NCBI RefSeq assembly: GCF_006345805.1
Contig: NC_043000.1
Coordinates: 144,894,001 to 144,958,000 of the forward strand
Reading direction: 5' to 3'
Length of the DNA stretch: 64,000 nt
Source of the DNA: Octopus sinensis
Taxonomy: Eukaryota
Under the pieces are notes generated by a model, which ran no database searches, was not told the origin of the DNA, and saw only the letters and a program-made list of their open reading frames with translations. Below are positions 1 through 12,765 of the stretch, one piece after another. Position numbers and translations under genes: made by a program. Within the stretch, counting starts at the first letter, position 1; every line of letters begins with the position of its first letter.

Positions 1-1062
1 ACAGTTCCGGGTTGGACAGGCTACATCTGAAATGGCAGAATTTTATTGACAATATGGGTACATACTTTGATGAATAAAATTATTCCTTGTATTTATAAAA
101 CATTAGCAAACCTTTTTGGGTTTTCTAAAAAGTTCATACTTGACGACCTAATATAATAGATACAGTCTTAGTTACAAGATGTTCGTTGCATTTGATTTGT
201 TGTAAAAGCATAATTCCCATTTAATTCAAGTGGGTTTTTTTTTTCTTTTCAAATAAGGCTTTTCATATCATTGTGTATTGTCCTCTACTGTTCGGCTCGG
301 ATTTCCTCATGTCAACATTGAAGTGACCTACGTACTGGAATTATCAAATCAAGGAACTCAGAGGAACGCAGTATAGCTCAAGATGTCGAGGACAACCTCA
401 CTAATCTTTTGAAGAACATTTCAGCGCCATTGAGTACTATGAAATGGTCGTAGGAATATTTAGGTCTGTAATTTAGATAGATGACTGTCACTTCAAGACA
501 AAATCTCTAGAAGCACGCAACACCTGGTAGTCAGAGTTTCCGCAGATGTGCATAGAAAGACATTAAAATTCAGCTCGCACGTAGAATGTCAAAAAGCTGT
601 TGTATTTGTGGAAATATATTGAACAGCGTCTGCAGTATGTATGACGAATCGAACGCACAGCCACGTTCATCTTGAAGATTGCATCATTGCTCCACTGGAC
701 AGGCTGTGTATTTATCTCCGTTAATCTGTTTTCTTCGGTCGATCCCACGTCGAATTGCTTTAATATTCACCCAAGAAAAATAGTGAGTGCAAAATTAAGT
801 GCGGCGAATTTGTGAAAAGGTCGTTGATTAGTATATGTTTCCTCTGATTTCTTCTAAATTTTCCTGTTGATACGATTTTATAGTAAGCACAATTACAAAT
901 GGTGGCCTCACATTCAAGTGTCCATTTCATCCAAAGGCACTATGAAAATATGTGTTAGCATCATGCTTATGACAATGATTATTATTAACGTCATCCTGAA
1001 CACTACATTCCCCTTGCCACCACCATCAGACCATTATCGATATTGTGGTCCCCAAGTCCTCA

Positions 1063-1079
1063 TCGCCATCATCATCATT

Positions 1080-1123
<44 letters not shown>

Positions 1124-1168
1124 AGTCATCATCATCGACATCATCATCATCATCATCATCATCTTCAT
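1063..1168. repeat. (ATC)n microsatellite
   Basis: Long ATC run; explains the poly-Ile ORF 867..1205. Confidence 0.95.
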
Positions 1169-1614
1169 CATAATTTTACGTTTAAAATTGGCGGAAACGC
1201 GTTAAACTGCGAATAAGCGCCATTAAATAAACACATTCTGTCAGCGACTACCTGTCTGTCATGCGATAAATCGTACAACGGGCTGGCATCAGATTCATTT
1301 CCATGATGTTCTGTTCAATTTAGATTTCTCTAGATCATCGGTTAATATTGTGTGGAAGAACGGTGCAAACTGGTGTTCATATAATAGTACGGTTCCCTAC
1401 AATTTCACAGAGTAGTTTAAAAATTGATAGTAGCATATTTTCAGTCACCTATCCGAGTTAATTCTCATCATTTACAATGACAACCATGATCATCTTAAAA
1501 GCCGTGTATGATCACTTCTTTATTTATTTTAGCTCGAAAATATGTTTCGAATTTGGAGAAATTTATGGGTACCGTACCCGAATTTGGACACAGAAAACCG
1601 AGACTTTATATATA

Positions 1615-2020
1615 GGCGCAGCAGTGGCTGTGTGGTAAGTAGCTTGCTTACGAACTACATGGTTGTGGATTCAGTCCCACTGCGTAGCACCTTGGACAAG
1701 TGTCGCCTACTATAGCATCGAGGCGGCCAAATCCTTGTGAGTGGATTTGGTAGACGGAAACTGAAAGCCCGTCGTACATATGTATATGTATACATGTATG
1801 TGCGTATATGTTTGTGTGTCTGTGTTTGTCCGCACAACATCGCTTGACAGTCGATGCTGGTGTGTTTACGTCCGCATAACTTAGCGGTTCGGCAAAGAGA
1901 CCGATGTAATAAGTACTAGGCTTACAAAGAATAGTCCTGGGGTCGCTTTGCTTGATTAAGGCGGTGCTCCAGTATGGCCGCAGTCAAATGACTGAAACAA
2001 GTAAAAGAGAGTAAAAGAGA
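1615..2020 (+). mobile_element. tRNA-derived SINE, family 1 (full length)
   Basis: Head GGCGCAGCAGTGGCTGTGTGG (A-box-like) and GGATTCAGTCC (B-box-like); body matches 31657-32047; tail (GTAAAAGAGA)x2. Confidence 0.9.
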
Positions 2021-2449
2021 GACCTCATCAGCTTCATCGTTACGAGAAATTTGGAAATGAATGGGATCGCGATGAATGGGAGTGGGTAGGAGAGGAGGCA
2101 AGCTTATCAAAATACCAATACGTGTATTTCCGCAGCAGTTCAGTATTACTATGTTCTCATTTGTTTTATGAAGAAGTGCAGTTTCCTGTATTTAGAATGT
2201 TCACTTTGTAAAAATATTCAGTAGAAAATGAATCTTTGTTGACGTAAATGATGACACACATGTGCGAATTCAGTCTGTGGCATGTGTATAACTGACGTGT
2301 ATATTTACGTCGAAGAAGTGGCTGATAGATACCTGAAGATCAAAACATAGTTTTTCTTATGCAAAAAGAAACTGAAGTGTCTTACAGGATTCTGAACAAA
2401 ACTTTACAACAGCTCAATTACTGACATATAATAAAATTATATTGTAATA

Positions 2450-3110
2450 TTATTGCCAGTCCAAATATGCTTGAGGTACGTTTGAACATGGGAACAGGCT
2501 ACTCACTGCATTTCGTCGCAGAAAATATATCCCGTCTGTTGACAAATGGTGTGTGTACATTTGGATCAGCTTGCAGCGCCACCTCCTCCGACCGTGAGAT
2601 GCAAGCATTTCAGAGTAGTCATCTCCTCTTCGGTTACAGACACCATGCAGGCGGCGCTGATTAGTGATACCGACTCCCTTATGCGTTTGTAGTTTCCATA
2701 CGGTGACCGCTAGCGCTGTGCGGTGGCTCACCCTATGTTATGGAAGAGGGTAGCGATAAGTACAGTGGTAATATTATTCAGTTTTATGAGTAAGAGATGA
2801 GAAATTATGTACAATATTTACATTTGACGGGTATTTGTCATCATTTTGTTTGTTTTTAACACAACGTTTCGGTTGATATACCCTCCAGCCTTCATCAGGT
2901 GTATTGGGGAAGTTAAGAGAATCAACCTCTTCAAACAGCTCGTAGCGCCACCAGCCAGGTATCCGTGACCGAAGAAGAAATAATTACTCAGAAATGCTTG
3001 CATCTCACAGTCTGGGCAGATGGTACTGTGAGCTGATCTAGGTGTACATATTTGTTGACAAATATATTTTCCCTGGCAAACCGCAGTGATTAGCTTGCTC
3101 ACTGATTCGA
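2450..3110. repeat. Two diverged, inverted copies of a Penelope-terminal-repeat-like sequence
   Basis: 2500-2665 (+) resembles the reverse complement of 2940-3100 (both translate to ...EMQAF.S...FG....AGGA); the second copy abuts an HHR motif. Confidence 0.6.
2859..2902 (-). ncRNA. Minimal type I hammerhead ribozyme motif
   Basis: Minus strand: acac CTGATGA a-ggctg..caacc GAAAC GTT gtgt; stem I acac/gtgt, stem II with one mismatch, palindromic ACGT in place of stem III, GUU site. Confidence 0.65.
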
Positions 3111-3239
3111 ACGTGCCTGATAATAGCTTACAATTTTACTTATCACTGCTTAGCGCCCCCCCCCCCTGTAACTGAAATTATATGTCTCCATTGAACTCTT
3201 ATTTCAATAAATACATCAGATATTAGATGGAATTTAATA

Positions 3240-4060
3240 ACTTAGCCGTAGTTTGTATTTATCTCTAAATGTACGTAGAATGTCTCTGCATTATATATGT
3301 ATAAATGAGAATAATGCAATCAACTGTCCGAGTTTGAAAATTTATTTGGTATTCCAATATACCGTAATAACAAAATTTACTCTGTCCACCAAAGGTACGA
3401 GCCTTCTCTTATGCTCTCCAAACTGCCAGCTCATACTCAGAGAAAAGCCTGTCACTCTCACGATTTTTGCCATAGTCACTCATACTTTCCTAAACCTTCT
3501 GAGATATAGCAGTTCCCTCTCCACCCTTACTTTATTTTCCAAGCGGAAAAGTTAATTAAAAACTCGATTGAAGAGAAGAGTCTTTCCGCAATTCTTTCAG
3601 CCTCGTCCGACACACTCTCTCCGCAATAGCCACTAAACAGAGAAACACCACCTGCTCTGCCTTGTTAGAAGTAGTGGGGTGGTCCTCAAGATGGATTTGG
3701 TCAATAATTAGATTCGCCTCACACGCGATAATAGCTGTTACACGTAACTCCATTAGTCTGCAATACTCGGACACTGTAAGAGTGCATGTAGAACGGTTGC
3801 GTCGCTCTGAGCGCATCTTGGACAGTCCCGCTTGATATGGTTTCCAGTCCCTATAGAATTTATCTTAAACTGGGAGTGCTCCTGAGGTGCACTTCCCCCG
3901 CAGTCTTTTCCTGAAGTTATTCATAGTAATACTGGACCCAGACATCCTCCAAAATAGAGAAGTTTCTTCAACCTTGTCGACGCATAGAGCTTCCCCGTAA
4001 ATGTCACCAATCTAACCCATCTTTAGATATCTATATATTGCTACCGTAGAAATTCTACCG
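3240..4060 (-). mobile_element. Degenerate 3' fragment of a Tx1/L1-clade LINE
   Basis: Broken frames give GALPV*DK, CPRCAQSDATVLHALLQCP and VFLCLVAIAERVCRTRLK, aligning to ORF2 C-terminus at 45109..46251 (GALPVRDK, CTRCGRERETVSHAIVQCS, CFLAVVSTAKQVVWKTRMK). Confidence 0.8.
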
Positions 4061-5711
4061 ACGGTAGAGATCATTGACGTCCTAATGACATTCTAGATGC
4101 TAGATATCTATTTTTAGTCTTTTCTTGTAACTTAGCCAAAAGCATGAGCTGCGGAATTGCGTGTTTTATAAACAGAGACTACACAGTTACCTATCGAGGA
4201 AAATATCTAACGCGCGTATATGTTTTGGTACATCAGCTGATAGTAAGGGATTCAATGTATATTCCTCTATAGGATTAATCTAGAATTATTAGTTTTAGAC
4301 ATTTATTTATTCTCATAATGCTTATTTAGTTATATTTGTTTGGAATTAGTACACATGTGTCTATTCTTATAAGGTATATTTAATTTTATGTATTTGAATT
4401 TATTAAACGTATGTAAATCCTGGGAGTTTATATATTATTTAACTTAAGTAAGGACTATCTGGAGCTAGGGGTCTGTTTATATAGGGATGACGCACGTTTT
4501 ACACGAGGTAACCTATCTGATAGGAGAATGGAAATATATAAGAAAATATTTTATAAATTCCTGAAGAACATAGGACTATTCGTAACTATGGAAAATTCAA
4601 TCTAGAAACAGGGAGATATAAGCCCTATATTAAGCCGAATACCAGCCTAAGATAGATTAGCATAAATAGTAGCCATGCAATAAGCATTACACATAGACTA
4701 TTTGAAAATATATCAAAAGGGATTCCGAAATTCTAAACGAAAGAGAACATTTTTTAACAGAATGCGGACTATTATAATATAGCACCGAATAAAGCAGAAT
4801 ACAAGCATAAATTGAAATATTATAGACCAAGGATAAATTTAATGATAGGAACTATACGCATGAATAAGATAGAAACAAAACTTCAAATACTATGAACCAA
4901 ACAAATTCTAATAAGTACTATACACAAAACGGTATTCACAATAATATGATTAAAATAGAGAAAAATAGACACATGCAAACACTTATTACAGATGAAATTC
5001 TGTATAAAATCGATGAGAATAATTTACGAATGAACACGAAGAAACGAATAGGAAACATAAATAAACCAAAAAGAAACAACAAAGATAGAAACACCGAGGA
5101 TCTAACAAGATAGAAAAACACTATAATAATGAAAATGGAGACTAATTAAATAAAAACTTAAATAGGACAGGAAATAGCAAAGAGGTATGTAATTGAGAAC
5201 CGAAAGGGTAATATGCATAATAATTCTGTAATAAATTACAAACCATTTATAAAAGTAAATAAACCCCATAAAAAATGCTATGAATATAATATAGCAAGGT
5301 TCATAATAGCATTTGCAAAAGAGATTAGAACCAATATAGTTAAATTATTTTACAATGCGGAAACCAAACAGTTTTCAAATGAAAATAAATATAACAAAAT
5401 AATAACCTCACGCAAATTAAGGGTGAGTTTCTGCGTTTCAAAACATATTGCACAAATTATATCTGCACTAAATACGAAAGAATTAAATGATTTCTATTAT
5501 AATAGGAATAAGTAGAATATAAATCATTTACGTAACGGCCAAAATGATGTACATCATAACGATAGTAAGAAACACACAACAAAGGAAGAAAAGTAACCCT
5601 TAATATCTCCTCAATAAAATCGAAATATGTAAAATTGCAGCCTACAAAAAGAAGAATAAATAAATCTAATAATAAGAATATTTTTACTTTTAAATTTTTT
5701 AAATTTTTATC

Positions 5712-5766
5712 TAGTTTCAGCTCACAAGCTGTGGCCATGCTGGGGCACCGCCATTTGGTGTTGCTA
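5712..5766 (-). mobile_element. SINE 3' tail fragment
   Basis: Reverse complement GGCGGTGCCCCAGCATGGCCACAGC..CTGAAAC resembles the family-1 tail GGTGCTCCAGCATGGCCGCAGTC..CTGAAAC. Confidence 0.65.
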
Positions 5767-5996
5767 CATGATTTTACTTCATGAATGCTCTTTAGCAATT
5801 GCCATTTGGTGCGTGAGAGAGTTCGATGCAGCTTCGAATAAGGATAATAAAAACACTAATGCAAATAATTTAAATATATATGCTGATACTTATAGTAGCA
5901 AAAATACACATAAAATAAGTGACAAAATAAATATTAAAATGGATAAGAATAGGAAAGAGGAAGGAGGAGGATGGGGAGAAGAAAAAGATGAAAAAA

Positions 5997-5999
<3 letters not shown>

Positions 6000-6027
<28 letters not shown>

Positions 6028-6058
6028 AGAAGAAGAAGAAGAAAATGAAGAAGAAGAT
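6000..6058. repeat. (GAA)n microsatellite
   Basis: Direct reading; gives the poly-Glu and poly-Ser ORFs. Confidence 0.95.
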
Positions 6059-6805
6059 AAGTCATTAGCTAAGACTCGTAACAAAAGAAATAAACAAAAA
6101 GTCAATAACACTCAAAAAGGAGAAAATAGGCACAGCATTAGTAATAAGAAAACAACGAAAGGTCCTGAAAATTAAACCTTTGATGGTGCCAATAAAAATA
6201 AAAATAGATATATGTTAGTAAATATTTGTAGAGAAAAAGTATAATATATAGGTGTAAAGTAACGCCAGGGGGGGGGGCAGGAATACTACTATAGAGGCTC
6301 TGTGGAAAATTATTTAAAAGGAAGGGTAGCCAACCATGAAAGTACATTTCGAGATACGACGAAAAAAATTAGCACTAGCTTAAGTAGATATATTTGGAAA
6401 ATTAAAGACAAAAATAAGTAATATACACTAACGGGGCAAGTAATTAGCAGAGCAAAATCTTATAGCATTAGAAGCATAATTTTGGGATTATGCGTTGAGA
6501 AAATTGTCCATATTATTACATCTAAGTAGAGGTTTTTGTTTCCCACATAGGATTAAATATATGTTTAATAGATTCCAATAAAAAGATTCGATAGACATTA
6601 TACGAATAGACATACACCTAGTAGTTCCAAATAAATATAATTAAATAAGCATTATGTGAATAAATAAATATAAATTAATCAAATAGAGGAATACACATAA
6701 AAAACCCTTACTATCGCCTCATGTATCAAATCAAATAATTTAACACGTATATTAAATAAATGACGGATAGGGAAATTGTTATATTCATCGAGAAAAGAAT
6801 ATGTA

Positions 6806-6806
<1 letters not shown>

Positions 6807-6879
<73 letters not shown>

Positions 6880-7068
6880 ATATATATATATATTTGCACA
6901 ACAAATATTTAAACGTATATATATATATATATTATATATATATATATGTATATATGTGTGTGTGTGCGCCTGTGTGTATATATGTACATGCATATATGTA
7001 TATGTAAGGGTGTGTTTATGGCTATGTATGTATATATATATATAGATATATATATATATATATATATA
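6807..7068. repeat. Compound (TA)n/(TG)n microsatellite
   Basis: Direct reading. Similar tracts at about 10940-11105, 16545-16825, 20720-21090, 22845-23215, 27640-27815, 33630-34260, 37500-37670 and 38000-38240. Confidence 0.95.
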
Positions 7069-8094
7069 AAATAAACCACGTTTAAACACTCCGTGAATGA
7101 TAACAATTATAATAAAATAAACATAAGAAGTAGCCTTAAAATGAAATGTACCCTTATCATTTGAAAATAGTCTAACTCCATTCTATACGTGTGATACCCG
7201 GTGAAATACACCCATATATAATATAAAAATTAATTTAAGTAAACATATGTATAAAAATCTAGACTAACAACAAATAGGACTATCACGTCTACATAACTAA
7301 AAATTGTAACAAGTATTGAAATTTTCACAATTAAATAGGTTTAGTTTATGTAAATATATTGATTTAGATTCTCGGTAAATTTCGTTTATTTTTATTCTTT
7401 TAAAAATTTGTTAGAGATAGGAGCGGTAGCCAGCCATTATAGAACCAATCTAAGGAGAATAGTAGTATGACCTAGTTCTTCAGAACTACACTTTGGTTTT
7501 AGTTTAACCTGAAGCTATTTTCAGAAGGTAATCCCAAAATCGCCCTTGGGGACAAACATAAAACTCACAAAAGCATGCTTCTAACTCCAGCTTTAAGCAA
7601 CTCCACCCATTATGATGTGAATGAATATTTGTCAGATTTTCCCCTGAAGAGTGTTTTACCTTTTAAATGCAAAATATGAATGAAAGTAACGAATTGAAAC
7701 ATACATAGGCGATATGAAAATGATTATTTTATACATAACTTGATTTTTTTGGTGTTTAAACTGTCCATTTTCCTTATATTATATTATCAAAGTTATGTTC
7801 TCTTATATGGACTGGACGAAACATCTATAGCTACAACTGGAACTTCATAAGTGCTAACACTGACACAAGGACAAATTAATGAAATCCAAAGTATATTAAT
7901 CGATATGCAGCTAAACCTGTGTTCGTTTGGATAAAATACACCCCTTTGAAAGGGCAAGACTTTCTATTCAAAACTTCATAAAAACTGTTTCTCTGTCTCC
8001 CTCTCACTCTCTTTATATATATATCTATGTGTGTGTGTGTGTGTGTGTACATATGTATGCATGCATGTACATATATATATATATTATATATATA

Positions 8095-8127
<33 letters not shown>

Positions 8128-8228
8128 GTTAATCAAAACATGAAAACACAAAGAGAAAACACAACAACGCGAGGACGTGGAACAAATATAGTATAATTGA
8201 ACGCTCAGGAAGGGAAGAAAGAAGGAGG

Positions 8229-8263
8229 GTTTAACGTTTCGAGCGGGGCACTTCGTCAGAAAC
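8229..8263 (-). ncRNA. Minimal type I hammerhead ribozyme motif
   Basis: Minus strand: gttt CTGACGA a-gtgc-ccc-gctc GAAAC GTT aaac; stem I gttt/aaac, stem II with one mismatch, ACGT palindrome, GUU site. Confidence 0.65.
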
Positions 8264-8385
8264 ATAGAAAAAGGAAAGATCCAAAGCCGGCCAAACGGAG
8301 GAAAAAAATCGCCAACGGTACACACACGGTCACATTTTGAATATATATGTGTGTGTGTGTGTGTGTACATATGTATGCATGCATG

Positions 8386-8423
<38 letters not shown>

Positions 8424-10450
8424 GGGGGGTCTGTATATACATAGAAGGAAGCAATGTTTTATGTGGTATACATTACTGTAAACTCTAACGATTTTTTGTG
8501 TCTGATTTATTAAATAACTTATACGAAATACTTTATTTTATGGGTGCTTATTCCAAAGCTAATAAAGGCCCACGCTTTCGAAATTTTATGTTGTTTATTA
8601 GTGTATGCATGATTTTAGTTTCTCAAAATATGTTCCATGTATTTTCTTTGGTGTTGTATCAGCTGACTTGCATAGCAATGTGTTGCTCTCTCTAACGTAT
8701 ATAACTGATTTGCCCATGTATATACTCTAAATGATACAGATAACTGAAGCATCTGTGATTTACACCATATATCGTCTTAATTTTAAGGCTGATTGTTTTG
8801 ATACATCATAAGCATCATCCACAAATGCGCGTTGTCATAACCTGAAGTACACAATTGGACACAACTGAACGATGCCTAAATTCCTTTTTGTAATTTATAT
8901 TATTCAAGTTTTAATGTGGCTGATTGAAGGGACGTAAATAATTCGTAATTGTTACATGGCATGTAAAAGATATAAGACTATTTCTAAAACGTATATATGT
9001 TTACATACAAACACACACACACACACATATATATATATAATTACTTACATAGTATAGCTCGGATGGCGTGCCAAAGAAGATTTTACGCCATACTTGTAGC
9101 ATTTATTTCAGTTCACAACCGTTATTAAAACGGAACAAAACTGAAATGTAACGAGTTACAAGATCTATAGCTGAATAAAACTCATGCTTCTTAATTTGGG
9201 AAGCCATTCTCCCATGCACACCACCATATATCATCGATTCCTGAATTTCCTTTCCTGCATTCTGCTTTCCTGTAAATGTTTATGCACCATATTTAAAATA
9301 GAAAATTATTATCATCCTCACAATTTGGATGGGTTGTAAGGGTTTGTCCCTTTCTTCGGAGTCAACAAATAATGTCTGCATATATTTCTATACAAGCTCA
9401 TACACTTATGCATACATGCCTATACGGGTATGTGGGTGTGGGGGGGGTTGTTTGTGCATGTGCGTACGTCTGTGTGTCTGTCTACATATGTTGTGTGCAT
9501 GTATGTATATTAATCATTTACAAAATAAGCACTGTATGACAGTTTATATGTCACTACCAAATGTAGTATCTCTAAAGTAGCTCTGATTGAGTTTCCTCTT
9601 CATTTCTAAGAGGAATATACCGCAAGGGAAAAAAATCGTTGAACCAATATTTTTAGGATTTTTTCACAACCAAAATCTTTTCATTAGTCTAAAATATAAT
9701 AATTAGTTTCTTTTAATGGAGAACTCAGAAACGTAACATCTTGGTAGTTTTTGTTGTTTGCAAAACAATTTGTATTTCTCTTGGTAATTGTCGCCTTGCT
9801 AGAAATGGTAATGCACAAAAACGATTCGAATAAAGCTTGTGGATTTCTTTGAACATTTTACTGTTTCCGCAGGAGACTATCTTACCAATCTCTATACAGC
9901 CATTGAAGCCAAGATGAAAATTGGCATACTATTCCACGTTGTACAATGCCCAGACATATTAGCATGTTCAGTGTAAAAGAAAACCTATTTGTATCATAAA
10001 GAAAACGAAATATATATTTGAAAAATTATTCATCAATTAAATGTCAAACGCCACCAAAAGTACAGTTCCAACAAAGGTGAAGCAGGTGTATATTGATGTA
10101 ATAGTTCCTAATGCTTTTATTGCTTCCATTGCCTTTTAGATACACGCTGTCTAATTCTGTGATGAACACATATCTCAAAATATATTTAAAATCAGCTATT
10201 AATAACAAAAGCTCTTCTTAAAAATTACTAAGGATTTACTACATCATTAAATATTACCAGATTAGTCTCCTGTATTGAAAAGAATTTTAAGAAAATCATT
10301 TTAAGAATATCATTAGTCTGTCAGTGAAATATTCATTTCCAATATCGTTCTGCAGTATGTTTATTGAACACGGTATATTTGGGTTTCATTCATATCTCCT
10401 AAAACAAGTATAGATATTTTTTTTGTTTTTCTTCCACTATTTATTCCAAG

Positions 10451-10513
10451 TGACATCAGCAGAATCTGTTAAAAGGCTATTGGGACAAGAATTCCACTTA
10501 TTATTCTGCAGAG
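10451..10513 (+). other. Possible 63-nt host exon
   Basis: Pyrimidine tract plus AG before 10451, GAG|GTAAGT after 10513, open frame TSAESVKRLLGQEFHLLFCR. No homology recognised. Confidence 0.25.
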
Positions 10514-10694
10514 GTAAGTAGAAAAGTATTTCATAGCATTAACATATAGCAATATCTGAAGAGATTGTTTCTCAGAAAATCTGCTGCATAAATAAAAATA
10601 TAAATGAAACATACGCAATTATGATGATACAAATGTGTGCGTGTGTGCAATATTTCAGTGTATATGTTCGTAAGTATATATATGACCGTCCGTG

Positions 10695-10731
<37 letters not shown>

Positions 10732-10985
10732 AACATACATACGCAATCTCTGTTTTCCTTGATTTTTGTTTCACGTACATCTTAACTATTCGTTCATACA
10801 CACAATATACATGCTAACCAGACCACTCAGGTGTGCATTCATTTTCATATTAACGTCTTAAAATTTATAATTTTATTATCTTTCCCATGATTTACAGTAT
10901 ACGGATGTACATTTCCATGCGACCGTTTTTGAAAATATATATTTATTTAAGTATATATATACATATATACATACATACATTCATA

Positions 10986-11053
<68 letters not shown>

Positions 11054-11999
11054 CATATATACATATATAATAGATAGATAGATATGTATATCTCTCTATA
11101 TATATGCATCGATCATATATTTTAAGCTGCATTACATTCTATACTAGTATATATTTTGAAGAGAATAGTTACACTTTATGTGTCTGCTGATTTTGACATG
11201 AGTATTCAGGATGAGATTGCTGGAAAACGAACAAAAAATATCTGCATTATGCATTTAACAGGAGTTAATGTCAGTTTATCTAAATATGAATAGCTTTAAA
11301 TTTTATCTGTAGTCATTCATTATATACACATATGTCTCAGAAAGTGCGAATGGATAAGATCGCTTAAATCATACAAATTCTTATTCAACTTAAATATTTT
11401 TGTAATTCTTCCGTAAAAAGATTGTACAGTAAGAGGAATGTTTTAATATTTCAACATACAATTATACTGAAAAATTTTAAACGTTTTTTTAAAAACCTGG
11501 CACTAAGCCGAATTGCTTTTTCTTTTGTTTTGTTACTTTTCAAATTTATTCCTATGCATACTTTCAGCGATTTCATCTCAAGCTCTTAATTCGTTCACCT
11601 TTTTTTTTGATCGCTAAGTTCCATATAGCGATTATCTTTGCATGACAGATTTCATTATATTTCGGATACATTTCTTACACATTGTGCACTGTATCGTTCA
11701 GTCATAAAGTACTAAGAGTGAATACTGCAGCCATAGTGAAGGTGACAGGGAAAATGTTTGCTGTGTCTTTTGGTTATCTAGATGCAGATCAAGCTTGATG
11801 AGCAGGATTACTGCTAAACATACTCTTTTTTTGAGTATTTTTTACGGGAACATTTAGAAATAGACTTAACTGCTTGCAGATAAATAGCTGCTCGGGGTCG
11901 CTATTGTTTTCCAAGAACATTCTCAAGTGTTGTGTTGAGTTTAGGATATTTGCTTCCACCGCTAGAAACCACTTTATGCAACCTTAGACATCAGGTTGC

Positions 12000-12765
12000 C
12001 GATCGGCGTCTTCAGATGCCGTTGTACTGCCACGTGGTGCGTCTTTGTTTTACAGTCCTCCTTCATGTTCGTCGATTTCTGCAATGGTTGAGACGAAGGA
12101 ACATCATGCTGTGGAAACGGTAGCCGAAACAGTTGCCGTGCGTCTAATAGATTACAAAGACGCTAACATGAGCAAACACAAGTTTGCGAGTGATTACTAC
12201 GCTTTAGGAATGGCCACTTGTCGCTTGAAGACTAACCTTCAGGATGATCTTCGAGCTCCCAAACGAATGAAAACGTTATGAAAAGTCATGAACCGATCTT
12301 GGAGAGACGTCACTGAACAATTGACGAACTTATTGATATGACTGGTCTGTCCTGGAACTCCTGCCAACCAAGTTTGAGCGAGGAATTGCGAATGATAAAA
12401 GTTGCAGTAAAAAAGTCGCTTGTTCACGGAAGATCAACAATGGGAAGATCAGTGAAGATCACGAAAGATAAACAGTGGGAAGATAATTCGGACATTTTTT
12501 CGAGTGTCAGAACTGGTGATGAAAGCTGCTGCTACGGAATTTGCAAATGTAGAAGTGGTGAAGAAAAAAAAAAGAACGATGGAGGCGCTAAAAGGCATCA
12601 CTTTGCAAGAGTTCCAGCGCTGCTTCGAACGGTGCATAACGCGTCTAGACCAATGCATTGCTTCAAATTGAGAAGACTTTGAAGGCGATAAATGTTTAAA
12701 TATGTAAAACTAAATGATAAAATAACTTTGCAAAATTGAAGTTTCTTTTGGTTACCCCCTCGTAC
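12000..12765 (+). mobile_element. Degenerate mariner DNA transposon
   Basis: MVETKEHHAV start, LQDDLRAP (HTH region), VRTGDESCCYG (first catalytic Asp motif), RLDQCIASN..FEG C-terminus; terminal ..GTTACCCCCTCGTA resembles a mariner TIR. 5' end uncertain. Confidence 0.8.

Larger units (their letters stand above)
4200..6620 (+). mobile_element. Degenerate Penelope-like element (RT plus C-terminal GIY-YIG endonuclease)
   Basis: LYRDD at 4477-4491; linker remnant NYKPF..TNIVKLF..NKYNKIITSRKLRVSF..QIISALN (5213..5515); 6241-6520 reads IIYRCKVT..YYYRG..RVANHESTF..STSLSRYIWKIK..LCVEK, the Penelope GIY-YIG pattern. Many stops; interrupted by a SINE tail and (GAA)n. Confidence 0.8.

Noticed and set aside
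60-450. Possible very old mariner on the minus strand
   Set aside because: Only faint motif echoes, not supportable.
2015-2035. CTGATGA on the minus strand
   Set aside because: No GAAA or stems in the right order.
4555-4615. CTGAAGA..CATAG/CTATG..GAAA
   Set aside because: Lies within the Penelope RT coding remnant; stem III does not pair.
9873-9975. Possible exon (also about 14533-14698)
   Set aside because: Acceptor-like site but no clear donor or recognisable product.
11785-11845. CTTGATGA-gcag/ctgc-TAAAC hammerhead-like sequence
   Set aside because: Two core deviations and no stem I.
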